From an uncultured bacterium (lineage in GTDB: Bacteria; Krumholzibacteriota; Krumholzibacteriia; LZORAL124-64-63), in contig CAVSZB010000007.1 in NCBI GenBank assembly GCA_963732385.1, positions 1,280,001-1,344,000 of the forward strand: a DNA stretch of 64,000 nucleotides. Direction: 5' to 3'. Positions 59,771 to 64,000 of the stretch are shown here, one piece after another (position 1 is the first letter of the stretch; each line of letters starts with the position of its first letter). The notes under the pieces are model-generated. The model was not told the DNA's origin. It saw only the letters and a program-made list of their open reading frames with translations, and did not search any database. Both the position numbers and the translations under genes were made by a program.

Positions 59771-62050
59771 ATGCGCCTGGTCGAGTCCGTGGCAGACTGG
59801 GGTTCCGCCGCATTGCTGCGCAAGGTTCAGGTCGAACTCGCGCAGCGCATGCGGATCGGCTCGATCCTGTACGCCTTCACCGCCCTGACACTCCTTTTCT
59901 TCACGAATTGGCGCCATCATCCCGACCCGCTCGGCAAACTGCTGGTGGGAGCCATCGTCGCGCTCAGCGTCGCACGCTGGCTGCTCTGCCACACCGTGGC
60001 CTCTCCCACGGCCGATCACTCCGACCGCAACTGGCTCTGGCTGAACCTCGTCACTCCTCTGCTCTCCTTCGGCTACGGACTGCTTCTGGGCGCCTCGATG
60101 CTGATTTTCGGGCTGTCGAGCACGACCCAGCTCGCCCTCATGTTCTTTTGTGCCTTCGCCACGGGAATCCTGCCGGCCATGGCGCCGAGCCGCCGGCTCC
60201 TGCTTTCCGCCGAGGTGGCGCTTTTCATGCCGGCTCTGGTCGCCGCCTGCCTGACGACGCCACCCCTCTATCCCGTCCTCACCCTGGGGCTGATCTACTT
60301 CGGGTATCTGCTCTCGCAGGGCGTGGTTCAGCATCGGCAGTTTCGCCAGTTGATCCAGGCGAACGAGATGCTCCGCGAGCGGACCGACCAGTTGAGTGGG
60401 GCCAACGCCCGCGCGGAGCAGGCCAACCACGCCAAGGGCGAGTTTCTGGCGAACATGAGTCACGAGATCCGCACGCCCATGAATGGCGTGATCGGGATGA
60501 CCGGTCTCCTGCTGGACACGGACCTGTCCCCCGAGCAGAAGCAATACGTCAACATCGTTCGCACCAGCGGCGAGGCGCTGCTGACGCTCATCAATGACAT
60601 CCTGGATTTTTCGAAGATCGAGGCCCGCAAGCTCGATATGGAAACGCTGGATTTCGATCTGCGCGTGACCATCGAGGGCCTCGCCGAACTGCTTTCCATC
60701 AAGGCCGCGGAGAAGGGGTTGAGCCTGGCCTGTCTGGTCGAGCCCGAGGTCCCCGTGCTCCTCCGTGGGGATCCCGGTCGATTGCGCCAGGTCTGCCTCA
60801 ACCTGGTCGGCAACTCCATCAAGTTCACACAGGAGGGCCGAGTCACGCTCCGGGCGAGCCTTGATGACGAGGATGATCGGCACGCGACCGTGCGCTTCGT
60901 CGTGACAGACACGGGCATGGGCATCCCGGCCGACAGACAACAACAGATCTTCTCCTCTTTCACGCAGGGGGACGGCTCCATCACCCGCAAGTACGGTGGC
61001 ACGGGCCTGGGCCTGGCCATCTCCAAGCAACTGGCTGAATTGATGGGTGGAACCATCGGTATCGAAAGCGCGGAGGGCCGAGGAGCAAGTTTCTGGTTCA
61101 CCGCCAGGTTCGAGAAGCAGCCTACCGGTCGGTCGCCCATGCCGGAATCGCTGGCCGAACTGGCCGGGGCGCGGGTACTGGTGGTCGATGGCCGCGATAA
61201 GAACCGATCCCTGCTGACGGCCCTGCTCGACGGCTGGGGCTGTCGTTCCGCCGGAGCCCCGCATGACGAAGCGGCTCTGGATATGCTGCAGAAGGCGTTC
61301 CGCGACGGTGAGCCATACGACGCGGCCCTGCTCGAACTGGACATGTCCACGCCGGACTGCGTACGCCTCGGCCGCTGGATCAAGGAGAATCCGGAGATCG
61401 GCGCCACGCGGTTGATCGCGATGACCTCCCTGGGCATGAGGGGCGATTCGGCGCGCATCGAGGCGTTGGGCTTCGACGCCTACCTGACGGCACCCCTGCA
61501 GGAGACGGAGTTGCGCGAATGTCTGAGGCTCGTGCTGGGGCGTGGCGAGATGCCACAAGCAGGTCTTGTCACACGGCATACGATCTCCGAAGCACGCCGG
61601 AGCCGGGTCCGCATCCTGCTGGCGGAGGACAATGCAGTGAATCAACTGGTGGCGGTGAAGATGCTCGAGAAGATGGGCTATCGGGCCGATGCGGTGGCCA
61701 ACGGGCATGAGGTCCTCGCCGTCGCGCAGCACATTCCCTACGATCTGGTGCTGATGGACTGCCAGATGCCCGAGATGGACGGCCTCGAGGCCACCCGCCA
61801 CATCCGCGATCCGCAGTCCGCGGTTCTCGATCACCAGGTGCCCATCATCGCCCTGACGGCCCACGCCATGAAGAGCGACCGCGACAGGTGCCTGGAGGCG
61901 GGGATGAGCGACTATCTCAGCAAGCCGGTGCAGGTTACAGACCTGGCCGCGGTCCTCGATCGCTGGCTGGACAGGACGGGCAGGGAGTCGGAGCAGGAGA
62001 GCGCGGCTCCCGCTGCCGGGCTGCCTCCGCACGTGGCAGCAGAGGTCTGA
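59771..62050 (+). CDS. Membrane hybrid sensor kinase with two receiver domains (first degenerate)
   Basis: About 6 TMs; [25 protein letters not shown]2 LMDCQMP..YLSKP. Confidence 0.9.
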   Translation: MRLVESVADWGSAALLRKVQVELAQRMRIGSILYAFTALTLLFFTNWRHHPDPLGKLLVGAIVALSVARWLLCHTVASPTADHSDRNWLWLNLVTPLLSFGYGLLLGASMLIFGLSSTTQLALMFFCAFATGILPAMAPSRRLLLSAEVALFMPALVAACLTTPPLYPVLTLGLIYFGYLLSQGVVQHRQFRQLIQANEMLRERTDQLSGANARAEQANHAKGEFLANMSHEIRTPMNGVIGMTGLLLDTDLSPEQKQYVNIVRTSGEALLTLINDILDFSKIEARKLDMETLDFDLRVTIEGLAELLSIKAAEKGLSLACLVEPEVPVLLRGDPGRLRQVCLNLVGNSIKFTQEGRVTLRASLDDEDDRHATVRFVVTDTGMGIPADRQQQIFSSFTQGDGSITRKYGGTGLGLAISKQLAELMGGTIGIESAEGRGASFWFTARFEKQPTGRSPMPESLAELAGARVLVVDGRDKNRSLLTALLDGWGCRSAGAPHDEAALDMLQKAFRDGEPYDAALLELDMSTPDCVRLGRWIKENPEIGATRLIAMTSLGMRGDSARIEALGFDAYLTAPLQETELRECLRLVLGRGEMPQAGLVTRHTISEARRSRVRILLAEDNAVNQLVAVKMLEKMGYRADAVANGHEVLAVAQHIPYDLVLMDCQMPEMDGLEATRHIRDPQSAVLDHQVPIIALTAHAMKSDRDRCLEAGMSDYLSKPVQVTDLAAVLDRWLDRTGRESEQESAAPAAGLPPHVAAEV

Positions 62051-62375
62051 CCCCTGCCCCCTACGTGAGATACAGAAACCCCGATCCGCTACAGACCGAG
62101 GCGCCCGTCAACTTCTCTGCCAGCCGTTGCGTTGAATTTCACGCGGTAGCGCGTAACGGCGGACACCCCCGTCATGGACTGCCGGTTCAGAAGAAGAGTC
62201 AGCGACGCCAGTCCGACCCGACGATCTGCTGACGCGCGTTTTCGACAACTGCCGGTGCGAATCAGGAGGTGACCGACCACGATGACGGCTTCGTCCGCCA
62301 CCAGGAAAGGACTGTCAGCGCAGGCACTTCGCAACTTGTCGACGATATCCGCTTCGGCAGGCTGCCCGAAGGCCT

Positions 62376-62858
62376 TCACGCGAGCGGATAGTCCAGCCCG
62401 GAGCACGGCTTGCCCAACAGCCGGCACATCGCGGTGATCTGTCCCTGGTGGTGATAGAGGTGCGTCAGCGTGCGCATGACCACCTGCGCCGGGACCAGCA
62501 TCCGCTCCCGGTTTCCCCACGTCATCATCGTGCGGGCGGTGTTCAACTCCTCCGTCGAGACGGCGCGCAGGTAGGCCTCGGTCGCAGCGAAGGCCCGCTC
62601 GCGGTCGGCCTCAAGCAACGCCACCGTGGGATACGCGGCAGCGTCCTCATCGACTTCGACGCGCCCCTGCAGTACGCCGATCCAGTACTTCTCGGCGCTG
62701 ATTCCGTGGTGCAGCTGCAGCCGCACCGTGGGATACCCGAAGCCGGGCAGATCGCGGTTCAACTCCGCGACTTCGAGTTCACGGCAGTGCGCCAGCAGTG
62801 CGATCAGGCCGCGATGGCTGCGTTCGTGGAGATCAAGCAGGGCGGCGGAGGTGTGCAT
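62376..62858 (-). CDS. DinB-family protein
   Basis: TVRLQLHH..SAEKYW; THLYHHQGQITAMCRLLG. Confidence 0.85.
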   Translation of the reverse strand: MHTSAALLDLHERSHRGLIALLAHCRELEVAELNRDLPGFGYPTVRLQLHHGISAEKYWIGVLQGRVEVDEDAAAYPTVALLEADRERAFAATEAYLRAVSTEELNTARTMMTWGNRERMLVPAQVVMRTLTHLYHHQGQITAMCRLLGKPCSGLDYPLA

Positions 62859-63209
62859 CGGTACTCCCTGGTTCCGCGCCCGGATCGGGGAACTGCACCG
62901 TGCCCTTCCCCGTGCCCACCGACCGCACGACCAACGTGCCGGCCACCTTGTCATGCAAACCCTGCTTGCGCTGATCGAATGCGACCCAAAGGTAGACGGG
63001 ACATATCATAGCTGAAACAAGGGTGCAGACCAGGCGGACCACCAACTGCCCCACGGAGGCCTTGCCGCCGGTGGCTGCGTCGACGATCCGCGCGCCAACG
63101 GCCATCTTCCCGGGCGTGGCCTGCTTGTAGATCCAATAAAGGAGAATCACGAGGGGGTAGGGAAGACCCGCCAACAGGGGGCCGTCCTCCTTAAGCGAGT
63201 ATGACGGGT
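62833..63209 (-). pseudogene. RDD-family membrane protein, 3' fragment cut off by the IS
   Basis: QATPGKMAVGARIVD and FDQRKQGLHDKVAGTLVV; the frame runs into the IS end with no start codon of its own. Confidence 0.75.
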
Positions 63210-64000
63210 CTAGGCTCCGTCTGAAAACGCGATCCGAAGGTAACGTTGTATGATAGCCAGTTTGAGCATCGCCAGGAAGTTCAACGCCAGCTTCTCGAAG
63301 CGGGTAGCGATGCGACGGCACTCCTTCAACCAGCCAACGCAGTTCTCGATCGCGGAACGCTGTCGATATGTTTCCCGGTCGAACAACAAAGGGCGGCCCT
63401 TGTGTTATTCGAGTTGATCGCTCCGTTGGGGAATCACGGCCTTGATGGCATGCCGGCGCAACCAGGTACGGATGCGCGGGTAGCTGTAGCCCTTGTCGCC
63501 GGCCAAGCGCACCGGCCGGGTTCGGGGACGCCCCGCCGCCTGCGGCACACGCACGAGATCCATCACCGCTTCGAACTGCGTCGACTCGTGGACTTGCCCG
63601 GCCGTGACGTGCGCGGCGAGGGGCAAGCCTTGACCGTCAGTGACCAGGTGGAACTTGCTGCCGTATCCGCCGCGCGAGCGGCCCAACGCGTGGTCTTTGG
63701 GCTCGAGTCGGCCCCCCTTTTTCCCGCTCCGGCCGCGGCTCGTGACGCTCGCACCGAAGAGCCGTCCACGCACCACAGATCCCAGTCGATGTACCCGTCC
63801 TCGTCCAGTCGGACCTGCAAGGTCTCGAGGAGTTTGTCGATCGTGCCGTCCTTGCGCCAGGCGTTGAAGCGATGATAGATCGTCTGCCACGGCCCGTAGC
63901 GCTCGGGCAGATCGCGCCAGGGTGCGCCGCTGCGCAGCACCCAGAAGATGGCGTTCAATACGGCCCGCGCCGACGTCGCCGGGCGACCCGTCGCGGCCGG
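63210..64000 (-). mobile_element. IS5-family element (two-ORF, -1 frameshift type); transposase has a premature stop; other end outside the window
   Basis: OrfA NAIFWVLRSGAPWRDLPERYGPW; OrfB GRSRGGYGSKFH, GDKGYS, AIENCVGWLKECRRIATRFEK; slippery GGGAAAAAGGGGGG at 63712-63725; end GGCTCCGTCTGAAAAC next to CTAG. Confidence 0.9.

Noticed and set aside
62050..63210. DinB and RDD genes as possible integron cassettes
   Set aside because: No attC-like RYYYAAC…GTTRRRY structure or integron integrase seen

Overview
High-GC bacterial chromosomal window, densely coding. Two FlgD-Ig/'PNPFNP' C-terminal-domain proteins suggest an FCB-group lineage such as Ca. Krumholzibacteriota, Latescibacterota or Eisenbacteria (inference only). 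From left to right: a nucleotide-sugar dehydrogenase (cut by the window edge), a PLD3-like phospholipase D, a long coupled envelope operon (LPS glycosyltransferases, OmpA, sensor kinase, NtrC-type regulator), mntP, an OPT transporter, pepT, a stand-alone secreted 16-Cys repeat protein, an SPFH/Arc operon, a Cys-PAS sigma54 activator facing a sigma54-promoted trxA, a NarL-type two-component pair, amtB, two CydA-like/cytochrome c fusion genes, an AbiE-like toxin-antitoxin locus with a deleted toxin, a 14-repeat FG-GAP surface protein, a sulfate ABC operon divergent from a KamA radical SAM gene, a peroxiredoxin, tRNA-Glu/tRNA-Gln head-to-head with glnS-gltX, two hybrid histidine kinases, a three-gene secreted fibre-like cassette, and a defective IS5-family element interrupting an RDD gene. 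Non-coding signals read directly from the DNA include two diverged ~129-bp MITE-like elements sharing 23-24-bp terminal inverted repeats, three sigma28-like promoters and several operator-like palindromes. No CRISPR array or rRNA was seen. All product calls come from motif recognition by eye, not database searches.
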